From Mycolicibacterium smegmatis (GTDB taxonomy: Bacteria > Actinomycetota > Actinomycetes > Mycobacteriales > Mycobacteriaceae): 32,000 nt of DNA. The stretch is from NCBI RefSeq assembly GCF_001457595.1, contig NZ_LN831039.1, forward strand, positions 2,160,001 to 2,192,000, read 5' to 3'. A model generated the notes under the pieces. That model was not told the origin of the DNA and did no database searches. It saw nothing but the letters and a program-made list of their open reading frames with translations. Below, piece by piece: positions 1 through 9,044 of this stretch (its first letter is position 1; the number at the start of each line of letters is the position of its first letter). The position numbers and the translations under genes were made by a program.

Positions 1-582
1 CTGGAGGAGGACGTTGTGGTGATCGGTCGAACAGCGCAGGAACGCACCGTGGCCCTTCACCAGATCGCTCACCTTGAAGCCGAGTCCGGAGACGAAGAAC
101 GCGTATGCGGTTTCGTAGTCGGGCGATCCGATCACGATGTGGCCGAGCCGACGGGGCCGGACGCGGTCGGTGATCATGATGCCCGCGGCCCGGGCGTCGA
201 CGCGGTCGTTGCGCCCCGGCGCGTTCACCGGCGGTGCCACATAAGGGGTTTGGTCCAGACGGGGCGCGGTGATCAGTTCGATCTCGGCACCCGTTGTCGG
301 TTCGACGGTGTGCAACCGACCAGGTTCTGGGAGCACGGCCGCGAACTCCGATCGCCTGAGTTCTCGTGCCGCGCGCTGCAGATCGTCGTCATCGTCGACG
401 GCGAACCGGGCCGAGACCAGTCGGCGTCGCGCCGAGTGCACCAGTTCCAGTTGGACACCGCCTTCCGTGCTGGCGAAGCGGTGCCCGTCGTGGGGGATCA
501 GCCCGAAATCCTCGTAGAAGGTGGCCGCAGTGGCCAGGTCGGGTACGCCCAGAACGATGGAATCGAGGCGGTGGAGAGCCAT
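1..582 (-). CDS. VOC-superfamily (glyoxalase / type I extradiol dioxygenase-like) protein, N-terminal 194 codons; the 3' end lies beyond the window
   Basis: Absent from the ORF track because it runs off the left edge. Reverse-complement translation from the ATG at 582 stays open to base 1: MALHRLDSIVLGVPDLATAATFYEDFGL...RLGHIVIGSPDYETAYAFFVSGLGFKVSDLVKGHGAFLRCSTDHHNVLLQ. This gives two tandem VOC modules and an FLRC..DHH motif like extradiol dioxygenases. The start lies 2 nt downstream of the FAH stop (585-587). Confidence 0.75.
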   Translation of the reverse strand, partial: MALHRLDSIVLGVPDLATAATFYEDFGLIPHDGHRFASTEGGVQLELVHSARRRLVSARFAVDDDDDLQRAARELRRSEFAAVLPEPGRLHTVEPTTGAEIELITAPRLDQTPYVAPPVNAPGRNDRVDARAAGIMITDRVRPRRLGHIVIGSPDYETAYAFFVSGLGFKVSDLVKGHGAFLRCSTDHHNVLLQ

Positions 583-584
583 TG

Positions 585-1448
585 TCAGCTCCGCGGTGCT
601 ACGGATGCGCTGTCGGCGGTCACGAAGCGCTGGGTGAACTCCCCGACGCCGGTGATGTAGGTGCGCAGTTCGTCGCCAGGTGCCAGGAACCGCTTCGGGT
701 TTCGGCCCATGCCGACACCCGACGGTGTGCCGGTGAAGATGACGTCGCCCGGATAGAGCTCGACGGTGTCCGACAGGTAGGCGATGAGGTTGGACACCGG
801 GAAGATCAGCTGCGAGGTGCGGCTGTGCTGCACCGTCTCGCCGTTGATCTCGGCTCCCAGTTCCAGATCGTCGGGATCGGGCAGCTCGTCGACGGTCACC
901 AGTTCGGGCCCGATGGGGGAGAACCCGGCGTGCGATTTGGCGAGGCTGAACTGCGGTGCGGGGCCCGCGAGTTGCAGGTCCCGCTCGGAGAGGTCCTGGC
1001 CCACCGAGACGCCTGCGACGAACTCCCAGGCGCGGTCCTCGGGGATGTTCCGGCCGCCGCGGCCCATGACGACCACCAGTTCGACCTCCCAGTCGACCGA
1101 ACCTGCCGGCAGCTGGACGGTTTCGACGGGCCCGGTGATCGACGAGACGAACTTGGTGAAGATCACCGGATGCTCGGGCTTGCTGAGCCCGGACTCGGTG
1201 GCGTGGTCGTCGTAGTTGAGACCGACGGCGAAGACCTGCCGCGGCAGCGGTGCCGGTGAACCGATGGTTCCGACGCGCGCGGACGGTGCGGGCAGTGCCG
1301 CGGTGCGCGCCCACTCCTGGAATGCGTCCCAGTGCTGGTAGAGGTCCTGCGGATCGGGGCCGAAGCGTTGTTCGGACGCTTTGGCCACATCGACCACGCC
1401 ATCGCCGGTGACGAGGTGGATTCGACCGTCGAGATTGATCAAGCGCAT
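585..1448 (-). CDS. Fumarylacetoacetate hydrolase (FAH) family protein
   Basis: Translation MRLINLDGRIHLV...VFAVGLNYDDHATESG...WEVELVVVMGRGG...IFTGTPSGVGMG is typical of FAH/HpcE-type hydrolases or isomerases. I chose the internal ATG at 1448 (AGGAAAG upstream) rather than the track start at 1553. Confidence 0.9.
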   Translation of the reverse strand: MRLINLDGRIHLVTGDGVVDVAKASEQRFGPDPQDLYQHWDAFQEWARTAALPAPSARVGTIGSPAPLPRQVFAVGLNYDDHATESGLSKPEHPVIFTKFVSSITGPVETVQLPAGSVDWEVELVVVMGRGGRNIPEDRAWEFVAGVSVGQDLSERDLQLAGPAPQFSLAKSHAGFSPIGPELVTVDELPDPDDLELGAEINGETVQHSRTSQLIFPVSNLIAYLSDTVELYPGDVIFTGTPSGVGMGRNPKRFLAPGDELRTYITGVGEFTQRFVTADSASVAPRS

Positions 1449-1555
1449 GACATCAGTTCTTTCCTGAGCGTGTGGTGTCGGCACCCGGTGCGGGCGCCAG
1501 GCGCAGAAGCGCCCTGTTACGACAATCACTCCGATCCGGCGAAAAGTCAACATAT

Positions 1556-1584
1556 TTTCGAAACTTCTCGAATCTTTCGTTTCG
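1556..1584. promoter_or_regulatory. AT-rich TTTCG/CGAAA motif array in the divergent FAH / GntR intergenic region (candidate operator)
   Basis: Perfect 8-bp palindrome TTTCGAAA at 1556-1563. CGAAA (1559-1563) is inverted relative to tandem TTTCG TTTCG (1575-1584). This is the only AT-rich stretch of the 182-bp divergent spacer. Confidence 0.3.
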
Positions 1585-1630
1585 GGTACGATGGCCCTGT
1601 GATGATGCAGTCAGACGTCGGGGGTTTGCG

Positions 1631-2311
1631 ATGACCGCGGCCGCAGGTGACGTTGTCGAAGGTCTTGGCCCCACGGCGCGCGTCTATCAGGCGTTGCGGG
1701 CCGACATTCTCGCAGGACGTATTGCACCCGGGTCGCGGCTCGGCTTCGCCGCGCTGGTGGAGCGCTACGACTGCAGCATCGGCGCGATCAGAGAGGCGTT
1801 GCAACGGCTCGGTGAACAGGAACTCGTGATTGCCGAGCCGAAGCGGGGGTTCCGCGTCGTCGACATTTCACCCGACGACCTCAACGATCTGACCGAGGCG
1901 CGGTGTGAGATCGAAGTGCTCGCCCTGCGTTATGCGGTCAATCGCGGCAATCTCGAGTGGGAGTCGAAGGTGGTGGCGGCGCATCACCGGATGGAGCGCA
2001 CACCGATGTTCGCGCCCACCGATCCCGACCGGTTCAACGACGAGTGGGTGCTGGCGCATGCGGAGTTCCACCAGGCGCTGCTCGACGGCTGCTCCAACCG
2101 GCGAATTCTGGCCACCGCCAGCGCTTTACGTGATTCCGCTGAGCTCTATCGGCAGTGGTCTGCGCCGCAACACGACCGCAATCGTGACATCGCCGCAGAG
2201 CATCGGGCGATCCTCGATGCCGCGGTGGGCCGTGATGCCGACCTGGCGTGTGAGCTGTTGACCGCCCACATTCAGCGCACCACGAACGCGTTGCTGTCGT
2301 CTTCCGATTGA
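1631..2311 (+). CDS. GntR family transcriptional regulator (FadR-like, FCD effector domain)
   Basis: N-terminal winged HTH (VYQALRADILAGRIAPGSRL..ALVERYDCSIGAIREALQRLGEQELV) followed by an all-helical C-terminal domain. ATG at 1631 is preceded by GGGGG. Divergent from the FAH/VOC operon. Confidence 0.9.
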   Translation: MTAAAGDVVEGLGPTARVYQALRADILAGRIAPGSRLGFAALVERYDCSIGAIREALQRLGEQELVIAEPKRGFRVVDISPDDLNDLTEARCEIEVLALRYAVNRGNLEWESKVVAAHHRMERTPMFAPTDPDRFNDEWVLAHAEFHQALLDGCSNRRILATASALRDSAELYRQWSAPQHDRNRDIAAEHRAILDAAVGRDADLACELLTAHIQRTTNALLSSSD

Positions 2312-2345
2312 CGCCGCGCCGAGAGCCGTTCGGCCAGACGCACAG

Positions 2346-2663
2346 TCAGAGATCGAGAGTCGTGTTTTCGGGAAGCGCGAACTGTACTGCCGAACGCGAC
2401 GCCGCCATCACCTGCGTGTGCTGCCGGCTGAGTTCGATATGCGCGGGGTGGTCGACGTAGGCGTCGACGTCCTCCGGGTTCTGTAGCAACGCGATCACCG
2501 CGTAGTCCGCATTGCCCTCGCGTAAGCCGAGATCGGGCCCGTAATGGTATGACACCAGAACAGGGATTTGAGCCGGGAGCTGTGAGAGGGCGGCGGTCAA
2601 GGCGTCGACCTGCTCAGCCGTGACCTCTGGGTGCCAGCGAAAGCTCACCGAGTGCAGGATCAT
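2346..2663 (-). CDS. Dabb (stress-responsive alpha/beta-barrel) domain protein
   Basis: 105 aa: MILHSVSFRWHPEVTAEQVDAL...DYAVIALLQNPEDVDAYVDHPAHIEL. Size and pattern match the Dabb family. Confidence 0.8.
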   Translation of the reverse strand: MILHSVSFRWHPEVTAEQVDALTAALSQLPAQIPVLVSYHYGPDLGLREGNADYAVIALLQNPEDVDAYVDHPAHIELSRQHTQVMAASRSAVQFALPENTTLDL

Positions 2664-2808
2664 GCGTGCACCGTCCCGCTGATCGAATCATGTTGGCGCA
2701 TAGCTGGTTCGATGAGATGGTCATGGTCGCTCTCGCTCACGTCCGGAAAATCTACCATCGCCCGGAAACCAGCGGAATGTGCGAAATCTCATCGGCCGCT
2801 GAGCCCAC

Positions 2809-3813
2809 CTAACACCCAGGCGCGCCATGGGTGCCGCGCTCGACCATCCCGCCGGGGGCGATGACGTGCTGCTCGGGTTCAGCGCCGTCGATCGCGCGTA
2901 GCAGCAGTTCGACTGATACGCGGGCCAGTTCGTCGCGGTCACAGTGCACGGTCGTCAGGTCGACGGTTCCCCAGCCTGCGGCCCCGATGTTGTCGAAGCC
3001 GATGATGGTCAGCTCCTCGGGCACCCTGATGCGCAACGCTTTTGCCGCCGACAGTGCGCCGACGGCGATCACGTCGTTGCCGCAGAACACCGCCGACGGG
3101 CGGTCTGGCCGGTCCAGGAATTCGAGCGCCGCACGGTGGCCCGCGTCGTAACTGAAGGGAACGCGACGCAGATCCGTGCGTCGCACGTGGAGGCCGTGAG
3201 ACCGGAGGCTGCTGCGCAGGCCCGACGCCCGGTCCCGTGCGGTCGAGTTGTCCACAGTGCCGTGCAGGGCGCCGATGCGCTGATGACCGAGTCCGGCGAG
3301 GAATTCACCTACCAGACGCCCGCCTGCGAGATTGTCGAAGCTGCAACTGCTCGACTCGGGCACGTCGAGGATGCGATTGACCAGGACGTGGGGGACGCCC
3401 CGCTCGGTGAGGTCGCGCGGCAGAGTGGAGCGCCGCGTGACGGTGCACAACAGCACGCCGTCATACGAACCGTCGGCGAGCGCGTCGATGGTCACCGGGT
3501 CGTCGGCGCGGTCGGCCACGAGGACGGCCCGGTATCCGTATTCGCCCAGGGCGTTTCGCAACGGCTCGACCAACTCGGGATAGAAGGGGTTGGTCAGCGC
3601 CTCGGCCACGATCGCCACGCGCTGTGTCGTGCGCGTCGACAACGTGCGTCCGGACGCGCTCGGGATGTAGTCGAGCTCGAGCGCGGCGGTGCGCACCCGC
3701 TCACGGGTCTCGGGTGAGGTGCCGGGCAGATTGCGCAACGCGCGCGACACCGTCGGCTGCGACACCCCGGCCTTCTTCGCCACATCGAAGCTGGTCACCG
3801 ACCTGCGCGCCAT
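2809..3813 (-). CDS. LacI family transcriptional regulator
   Basis: MARRSVTSFDVAKKAGVSQPTVSRALRN HTH followed by a periplasmic-binding-protein-like sugar-binding fold (AIVAEALTNPFYPEL..., FCGNDVIAVGAL). ATG at 3813 is chosen over the track start at 3909. Confidence 0.9.
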   Translation of the reverse strand: MARRSVTSFDVAKKAGVSQPTVSRALRNLPGTSPETRERVRTAALELDYIPSASGRTLSTRTTQRVAIVAEALTNPFYPELVEPLRNALGEYGYRAVLVADRADDPVTIDALADGSYDGVLLCTVTRRSTLPRDLTERGVPHVLVNRILDVPESSSCSFDNLAGGRLVGEFLAGLGHQRIGALHGTVDNSTARDRASGLRSSLRSHGLHVRRTDLRRVPFSYDAGHRAALEFLDRPDRPSAVFCGNDVIAVGALSAAKALRIRVPEELTIIGFDNIGAAGWGTVDLTTVHCDRDELARVSVELLLRAIDGAEPEQHVIAPGGMVERGTHGAPGC

Positions 3814-3848
3814 CACAGAGCTCCGTTCGCCATGTTCGCAGTTGACAA

Positions 3849-3860
3849 GTATACGTATGC
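3849..3860. promoter_or_regulatory. CG-centred palindrome (candidate LacI-type operator) between the LacI gene and the HisD-like gene
   Basis: GTATACGTATGC has 10 of 12 positions symmetric, with a perfect ATACGTAT core at 3851-3858. It lies just downstream of a TTGACA hexamer (3842-3847) and about 40 nt upstream of the HisD-like ATG. Confidence 0.35.
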
Positions 3861-3897
3861 AATCCAGCGTGGGGCCTGCATCAGAAAGGAGCGCCAG

Positions 3898-5217
3898 ATG
3901 ATCAACCACCTCAAGAAGGCCACCCCGACCGAGGTCGACGCCAACCGCGACACGGCCGTCAAAGAGACTGTGGCGAAGGTGATTTCCGATGTCGCCACAT
4001 GCGGAGACGAGGCCGTCAGGGAGTATTCGGCGAAGTTCGACAACTGGTCACCCGAGTCGTTCGCGCTCGGCGCCGACGAGATCGAGCGGATCGTCGCGCG
4101 TGTCCCGGAGCAGGCACTCGAGGACATCCGCGCGGTGCAGGCCCGTGTGCGCGACTTCGCGCAGCGCCAGCGCGACGCGATCCTGGACTTCGAAGCCGAG
4201 ACCGAACCCGGGGTCTTCCTCGGCCAGCGCAACATCCCGGTCGCGGCGGCGGGAGCCTACGTCCCCGGCGGGCGGTATCCACTCGTGGCATCGGCGCACA
4301 TGACCGTGGTCACCGCGAAGGTTGCAGGCGTCGAGCGGGTGACCGCGTGCACACCGCCCATCCACGGCGAGATCCCCGCCGCGACCGTGGCGGCCCTGCA
4401 TCTCGCGGGAGCCGACGAGATCAACATTCTCGGCGGCACACAGGCGGTCGCGGCGATGGCGCTGGGCACCGAGACCATCGGCAAGGTGGACCTGCTCGCC
4501 GGCCCTGGCAACGCCTATGTGGCGGAAGCCAAACGCCAACTGTTCGGCCAGGTCGGTATCGATCTGTTCGCCGGCCCCACCGAAGTCCTGGTCATCGCCG
4601 ACGAGTTCGCCGACCCGTTCGTCGTCGCCGTCGATCTGTTGAGCCAGGCCGAGCACGGTCCGGACTCGCCCGCGGTCCTCATCACGACGTCACGCGCGCT
4701 GGCCGAGCGGGTCGGCGAGCTCATCGATCGACTCCTGCCCGGCATGCCGACGCGCGACTTCGCCGAACCCGCATGGCGCGATCACGGCGAGATCGCCGTC
4801 GTCGACGACATCGACGAAGCGTTCGCACTCGGCGACCGGTACGCGTTCGAGCACGTGCAGGTTCTCACGGCCGATCCGCGCCGGGCGCTGACCGGCATGA
4901 CCAACTACGGTGCGCTGTTCCTCGGTGAGGGCACGTGTGTCTCGTACGGCGACAAGGTGATCGGTACCAATCACACCCTGCCCACGCGGGGCGCGGCCCG
5001 CTACACCGGCGGCCTGTGGGTCGGCAAGTACCTCAAGACCGTCACCTACCAGGAGGTGCGCAGCGCCGAGGCGAGCGCTGAGCTGGGGCGCCTCTGCGGT
5101 CGTGCCGCGCGCGTCGAATCGTTCGAGGGGCACGCGCGCTCCGGCGACATCCGCGCGATGAAGTTCGGTGGCGACACGTTCTCCTGGGTACCTGCTGACG
5201 CGGCGGTGCCGCAGTGA
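3898..5217 (+). CDS. Histidinol dehydrogenase (HisD) family NAD-dependent dehydrogenase, paralogue outside a his operon
   Basis: Conserved HisD motifs SQAEHGPDS, AFEHVQV and GTNHTLPT are present. The AAAGGAG Shine-Dalgarno sits 7 nt before ATG 3898. No other his genes are nearby. Confidence 0.9.
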   Translation: MINHLKKATPTEVDANRDTAVKETVAKVISDVATCGDEAVREYSAKFDNWSPESFALGADEIERIVARVPEQALEDIRAVQARVRDFAQRQRDAILDFEAETEPGVFLGQRNIPVAAAGAYVPGGRYPLVASAHMTVVTAKVAGVERVTACTPPIHGEIPAATVAALHLAGADEINILGGTQAVAAMALGTETIGKVDLLAGPGNAYVAEAKRQLFGQVGIDLFAGPTEVLVIADEFADPFVVAVDLLSQAEHGPDSPAVLITTSRALAERVGELIDRLLPGMPTRDFAEPAWRDHGEIAVVDDIDEAFALGDRYAFEHVQVLTADPRRALTGMTNYGALFLGEGTCVSYGDKVIGTNHTLPTRGAARYTGGLWVGKYLKTVTYQEVRSAEASAELGRLCGRAARVESFEGHARSGDIRAMKFGGDTFSWVPADAAVPQ

Positions 5218-5969
5218 TAACCGGACGCACCGCACTGGTCACCGGTGCGGGCAACGGCCTCGGCCGGGCGATCGCTCTGGCCCTGGCCCACAACGGCGCT
5301 CGTGTCGTACTGGTCGGCCGCCGGAGCGAACCGCTGACCGCGGTCGCACAGGAGATCGGCGAAGCGGCGCGCTGGGCCGACTGCGACACCTCCGATCCCG
5401 ACGCGGTGGCAACACTCGGCGCGACGCTGTCCGACGAGGACATCTCGATCCTGGTCAACAACGCCGGTGTCGCCGGACCGGTGGCAGCGCTCACCGACAT
5501 CGATCCGCGCGAGTGGGACGAGGTGTTCGCCGTCAACGTGCGCGGTGTCTACCTGATGTGCCGGCAGTTCCTGCCGGCGATGACCGCGCAGGGCCGTGGC
5601 GACATCATCAACGTCGCCTCGGTGAGCGGCAAGCGTCCGCTCCCTCGACGCACGCCCTACACCGCCTCGAAGATGGCCGTGATCGGTCTGACCGGCACGC
5701 TCGCGTTCGAGGTCGGCCCGCTGGGCGTCAATGTCAACACCCTCTCGCCCGGCCCGGTCGACGGACCACGCATGGACCGCAACTTCGCGCTCGAAGCGAA
5801 AACCGTCGGCATCAGCGAAGACGAGGCCCGCGAAGCGTTCGTCGGCCGTGCCGCGCAGAGGCGGATGGTGACCGAAGAGGAGGTTGCGGCCGCGGCCGTC
5901 GCGATGCTGAACATGCCCGGGCTGTGCGGGGCCGACATCGACCTGTCGGCCGGGATGATCGCGCGGTGA
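5214..5969 (+). CDS. SDR family oxidoreductase
   Basis: TGAGNGLGRA cofactor motif, NNAG and YTASK catalytic motif. The GTG start overlaps the upstream stop (GTGA at 5214-5217), indicating translational coupling. Confidence 0.9.
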   Translation: MITGRTALVTGAGNGLGRAIALALAHNGARVVLVGRRSEPLTAVAQEIGEAARWADCDTSDPDAVATLGATLSDEDISILVNNAGVAGPVAALTDIDPREWDEVFAVNVRGVYLMCRQFLPAMTAQGRGDIINVASVSGKRPLPRRTPYTASKMAVIGLTGTLAFEVGPLGVNVNTLSPGPVDGPRMDRNFALEAKTVGISEDEAREAFVGRAAQRRMVTEEEVAAAAVAMLNMPGLCGADIDLSAGMIAR

Positions 5970-7055
5970 TCACACATTCGGTCGAAGGGCCGGATGGATC
6001 GCGACCTCCTGGGCCTTGACCACGAAGTACACCTGCCGGCCGGGGGCGAGGTCCAGATCGGCCGCCGCGGCCGCTGTGACATCGGCGGACAGGCCGGCAC
6101 TTCCGTCGGGTTGGTCGGCGCCGCGGATGCGGACCGTGCTGCCGTGGACGTCCATCTCGGCGATCGTCACGGCGATCACGTTGCGCGGACTGGCGTGCGG
6201 TGCGTCGAGGTGGACCGACACCGCGGCCGGCGTGAACAGCGCGACGGCCGACGTTCCGACGGGAGTGTCTCCGGTCCCCGAAATGACGGTGTCCCAGGGT
6301 GTTCGGAGAATCCCGGGCGCGCTGACCGTTCCCGACACCAGATTGGTCCCGGCGATGCGGGCGGCGAACGGACTTCGCGGCGCGGCGAGGACCTCGCGCA
6401 CCGGACCTCTCTGGACGATCCGGCCGTTCTCGACGACGATCACGGTGTCGGCCATGGCCAGCGCGTCCAGCAGATCGTGCGTGACCACGACGGCGGTGCG
6501 ACGCTCGGCGGCCAGCAGGTCACGCAGCAGTCGCCGCATCGCCGGCGCGGCGCTGACATCGAGTGCCGACATCGGTTCGTCGAGCAGCAGCACCTTGGGT
6601 TCGGCAGCCAGTGCCCGAGCGAGGGCGATCCGTTGCGCCTGACCTCCCGACAACCGCGACGGTCTGCGCTCGGCCAGGTCTTCGGCGTCCACGGCACGCA
6701 GCCAGTGCCGCGCCATCGCACGGGCGTGGGATCTGCTGTGTCCCCTGCACCGTGGTGCATAGGCGACGTTGGCCGCCACAGACATGTGGGGGAAGAGCAG
6801 CGGATCTTGCGCCAGCATCGCCACACCGCGCGCATGCGGTGGCACGAACACGCCCGACTCCGTGTCGGCCACGACGGTGCCGCCGACGGAGACACGGCCC
6901 TGATCGGGGCGCAGCAGGCCGGCGACCAAAGCCAGAAGCGTCGACTTGCCCGCCCCGTTGGGCCCGAGGACGGCCACCACCGCACCATCGTCGACCGTGA
7001 GATCGAAAACGGCGTCACGGGCATCGACCCGGGCATGCACCTGGAGCCCACTCAC
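5970..7055 (-). CDS. modC: Molybdate ABC transporter ATP-binding protein with C-terminal TOBE domain
   Basis: Walker [10 protein letters not shown], signature LSGGQAQR, Walker B LLLDEP, and a C-terminal Mop/TOBE-like tail. The GTG start overlaps the modB stop (GTGA). Confidence 0.9.
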   Translation of the reverse strand: MSGLQVHARVDARDAVFDLTVDDGAVVAVLGPNGAGKSTLLALVAGLLRPDQGRVSVGGTVVADTESGVFVPPHARGVAMLAQDPLLFPHMSVAANVAYAPRCRGHSRSHARAMARHWLRAVDAEDLAERRPSRLSGGQAQRIALARALAAEPKVLLLDEPMSALDVSAAPAMRRLLRDLLAAERRTAVVVTHDLLDALAMADTVIVVENGRIVQRGPVREVLAAPRSPFAARIAGTNLVSGTVSAPGILRTPWDTVISGTGDTPVGTSAVALFTPAAVSVHLDAPHASPRNVIAVTIAEMDVHGSTVRIRGADQPDGSAGLSADVTAAAAADLDLAPGRQVYFVVKAQEVAIHPALRPNV

Positions 7056-7864
7056 AGCGGACCCGCCAGTTTGCGCGACGCCGACGCGACCACGATGACC
7101 GCGGCCACCGCGATCAGCACCAGCGAAAGGGCCACGGCCGCATCGGGATCGGTCTCACGCTGCAGATAGATCTCCAGCGGCAGGGTGCGCGTGACGCCTT
7201 GCAGGGAACCGGCGAACGTCAGTGTCGCACCGAATTCACCGAGCGAGCGCGCGAACGCCAGCACGGCACCCGAGAGGATTCCGGGCAGCACGAGCGGCAG
7301 CGTCACCGTCCGCAGCACGGTCGTGGGCCGGGCGCCCAGCGTCGCGGCGATTGTCTCGTACCGGTCACCGGCCGACCGCAACGCACCTTCGAGACTCACC
7401 ACCAGAAACGGCAGCGACACGAACGACTGCGCCAGCACCACCGCGGTCGTGGTGAACGCGATTCGCACGCCTGCCATGTCGAGATACTCTCCGACCAGGC
7501 CCATACGCCCGTACGTGTACAGCAGCGCGATGCCGCCGACCACCGGGGGAAGGACCAGCGGCAGGAGCACCAGGGCGCGCAGCACCGACCGGCCGGGAAA
7601 GCGTGCCCGCGCCAGCACGACCGCCATCGGCACCCCCAGTAAGATGCACACCGCAGTGGCCGCCGCAGAGGTCTTGAGGCTCAACACGAGTGCCGCGCGT
7701 GAGGATTCCGACGTGATCAACGAGATGAACTGCGACCACTCGACCCGAACGAGAATCGCGACCAGAGGGATGACGACGAACAGGGCGCCCAGGGTCGCGG
7801 GCACGAAAATCCAGGCCGGCAGGCCGACCTCGACCCGACCGCGGGTGCGTCGCCACGTGATCAC
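7052..7864 (-). CDS. modB: Molybdate ABC transporter permease
   Basis: Multi-pass membrane protein with a CysT/ModB-type EAA loop ([15 protein letters not shown]). The GTG start overlaps the modA stop (GTGA). Confidence 0.9.
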   Translation of the reverse strand: MITWRRTRGRVEVGLPAWIFVPATLGALFVVIPLVAILVRVEWSQFISLITSESSRAALVLSLKTSAAATAVCILLGVPMAVVLARARFPGRSVLRALVLLPLVLPPVVGGIALLYTYGRMGLVGEYLDMAGVRIAFTTTAVVLAQSFVSLPFLVVSLEGALRSAGDRYETIAATLGARPTTVLRTVTLPLVLPGILSGAVLAFARSLGEFGATLTFAGSLQGVTRTLPLEIYLQRETDPDAAVALSLVLIAVAAVIVVASASRKLAGPL

Positions 7865-8604
7865 GGCGCGACGAAACCCGCTTCGGAGAGCACTTCCTGG
7901 CCCTCCGGGCTCACCACCAGATCGACGAATCGCTGAGCGGTCTCGATATCGCCGGAGTCTTTGAGCGTGGCAATCGGGTAGGTGTTCACCGCGTCCGCGG
8001 ACTCTCCGAACGCGACCGCGGCCACGGCGGCGCCCGCACCCTTGGCGTCGGTCACGTACACCAGCCCCGCATCGGCCTGCCCCGAGGTGACCTTGCCGAG
8101 CACATCAGTGACCGCCGATTCCTCGCTGACCGGATGCAGTGTCACTCCGGTGGCCTTCTCGACCTTCTCGGTCGCCGCTCCGCAGGGCACCTGCGGTGCG
8201 CACACGACCACCGAGATGCCAGGTTTCGTCAGGTCGGCGAAAGACGTGATGTGCTTGGGGTTTCCCGGTGCCGTGACGATCGTGAGCGTGTTGGCCGCGA
8301 AGTCCACGGGGTCGCCGTGGACCAGGCCGGCGTCGACCACCTTGTTCATGTTCGGGGCGTCGGCCGAGGCGAACACGTCGGCGGGCGCGCCCTGCGTCAA
8401 CTGCGTGGCGAGGTCCGACGAACCCGCGAAGTTGAACTCGACGGTGGCGCCCGGGTTGGCGTCCTCGAACCGCTTGCCCAGCTCGGTGAACACCGACTTG
8501 AGCGAGGCGGCCGCGAAGACCGTGAGGTGATCGTCGTTCGCGGGCGCCGGTGTGCAACCCGCGAGCAGGAACACGCCGACCACCACGCTCACCACACGGA
8601 TCAT
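7861..8604 (-). CDS. modA: Molybdate-binding lipoprotein (ABC substrate-binding protein)
   Basis: [17 protein letters not shown] lipobox signal, then a ModA-like sequence ([19 protein letters not shown]...FNFAGSS...VFASAD). GGGAGG precedes ATG 8604, which overlaps the upstream stop (ATGA). Confidence 0.9.
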   Translation of the reverse strand: MIRVVSVVVGVFLLAGCTPAPANDDHLTVFAAASLKSVFTELGKRFEDANPGATVEFNFAGSSDLATQLTQGAPADVFASADAPNMNKVVDAGLVHGDPVDFAANTLTIVTAPGNPKHITSFADLTKPGISVVVCAPQVPCGAATEKVEKATGVTLHPVSEESAVTDVLGKVTSGQADAGLVYVTDAKGAGAAVAAVAFGESADAVNTYPIATLKDSGDIETAQRFVDLVVSPEGQEVLSEAGFVAP

Positions 8605-9005
8605 GAACTGCCTCCCGGAGTTTCGACGATCACCGTTGTCGCCTTGACGACTGCCACGGCCACCTTTCCGGGTTCCAGGCCCAGTGCTGCCACCGATCCG
8701 CTGCTCATCAGGGAGACCACCTGGAACGGTCCGCACTGCATCTGGACCTCGGCCATCACGCTGTCGGCGGTCACCTTCGTGACCAGACCGACGAACCGGT
8801 TGCGGGCCGAACTCGCGATACCGGTCGGGTCCGGCGGGGGAGTCGCGTGGGCCTGGGCGAACGCGGCGAGGACATCACCGGCGATGACCTTGCGGCCGGC
8901 GTCGTCCTTGCTCGCGGGCAGGGCGCCGCTGTCGATCCAGCGGCGCACCGTGTCGTCACTGACGCCGAGCAGTGCGGCCGCGTCCTTGATACGGATTGAC
9001 GTCAC
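8601..9005 (-). CDS. Excisionase/MerR-type HTH fused to a single TOBE (Mop) molybdate-binding domain; putative molybdate-responsive regulator
   Basis: N-terminus IRIKDAAALLGVSDDTVRRWIDSGAL (HTH_17-like). C-terminus SARNRFVGLVTKVTADSVMAEVQMQCGPFQVVSLMSSGSVAALGLEPGKVAVAVVKATTVIVE (TOBE-like). GTG 9005 is preceded by GGAGG, and ATG 9029 is an alternative start. First gene of the mod operon. Confidence 0.8.
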   Translation of the reverse strand: MTSIRIKDAAALLGVSDDTVRRWIDSGALPASKDDAGRKVIAGDVLAAFAQAHATPPPDPTGIASSARNRFVGLVTKVTADSVMAEVQMQCGPFQVVSLMSSGSVAALGLEPGKVAVAVVKATTVIVETPGGSS

Positions 9006-9026
9006 CCGACCTCCAGTTGATGATCG

Positions 9027-9044
9027 CATCCGCAACTGCGGATG
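9027..9044. promoter_or_regulatory. Inverted repeat CATCCGCA-AC-TGCGGATG upstream of the mod operon (candidate operator or leader hairpin)
   Basis: Perfect 8-bp arms with a 2-bp spacer, 22 nt upstream of the GTG 9005 start. The same spacer also holds the palindrome GCATATGC (9063-9070) and CGGATC..GATCCG (9084-9108). Confidence 0.35.

Noticed and set aside
16-660. 214-aa plus-strand ORF (and nested ORFs at 269-517 and 366-1259) at the left edge
   Set aside because: The translation is Arg/Gly/Val-rich with no family resemblance. It is exactly antisense to a minus-strand frame that gives clean VOC and FAH domain sequences. This is a typical shadow ORF of GC-rich DNA.
3999-4928. 309-aa plus-strand ORF in an alternative frame inside the HisD-like gene
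   Set aside because: It is extremely Arg-rich (RRRGRQG...), the signature of an off-frame reading of GC-rich coding DNA. The HisD frame has all the catalytic motifs.
5994-7169. 391-aa plus-strand ORF antisense to modC
   Set aside because: Shadow ORF. The minus strand carries unambiguous Walker A/B and ABC-signature motifs, and the plus-frame product is Arg/Gly-rich with no recognisable motifs.
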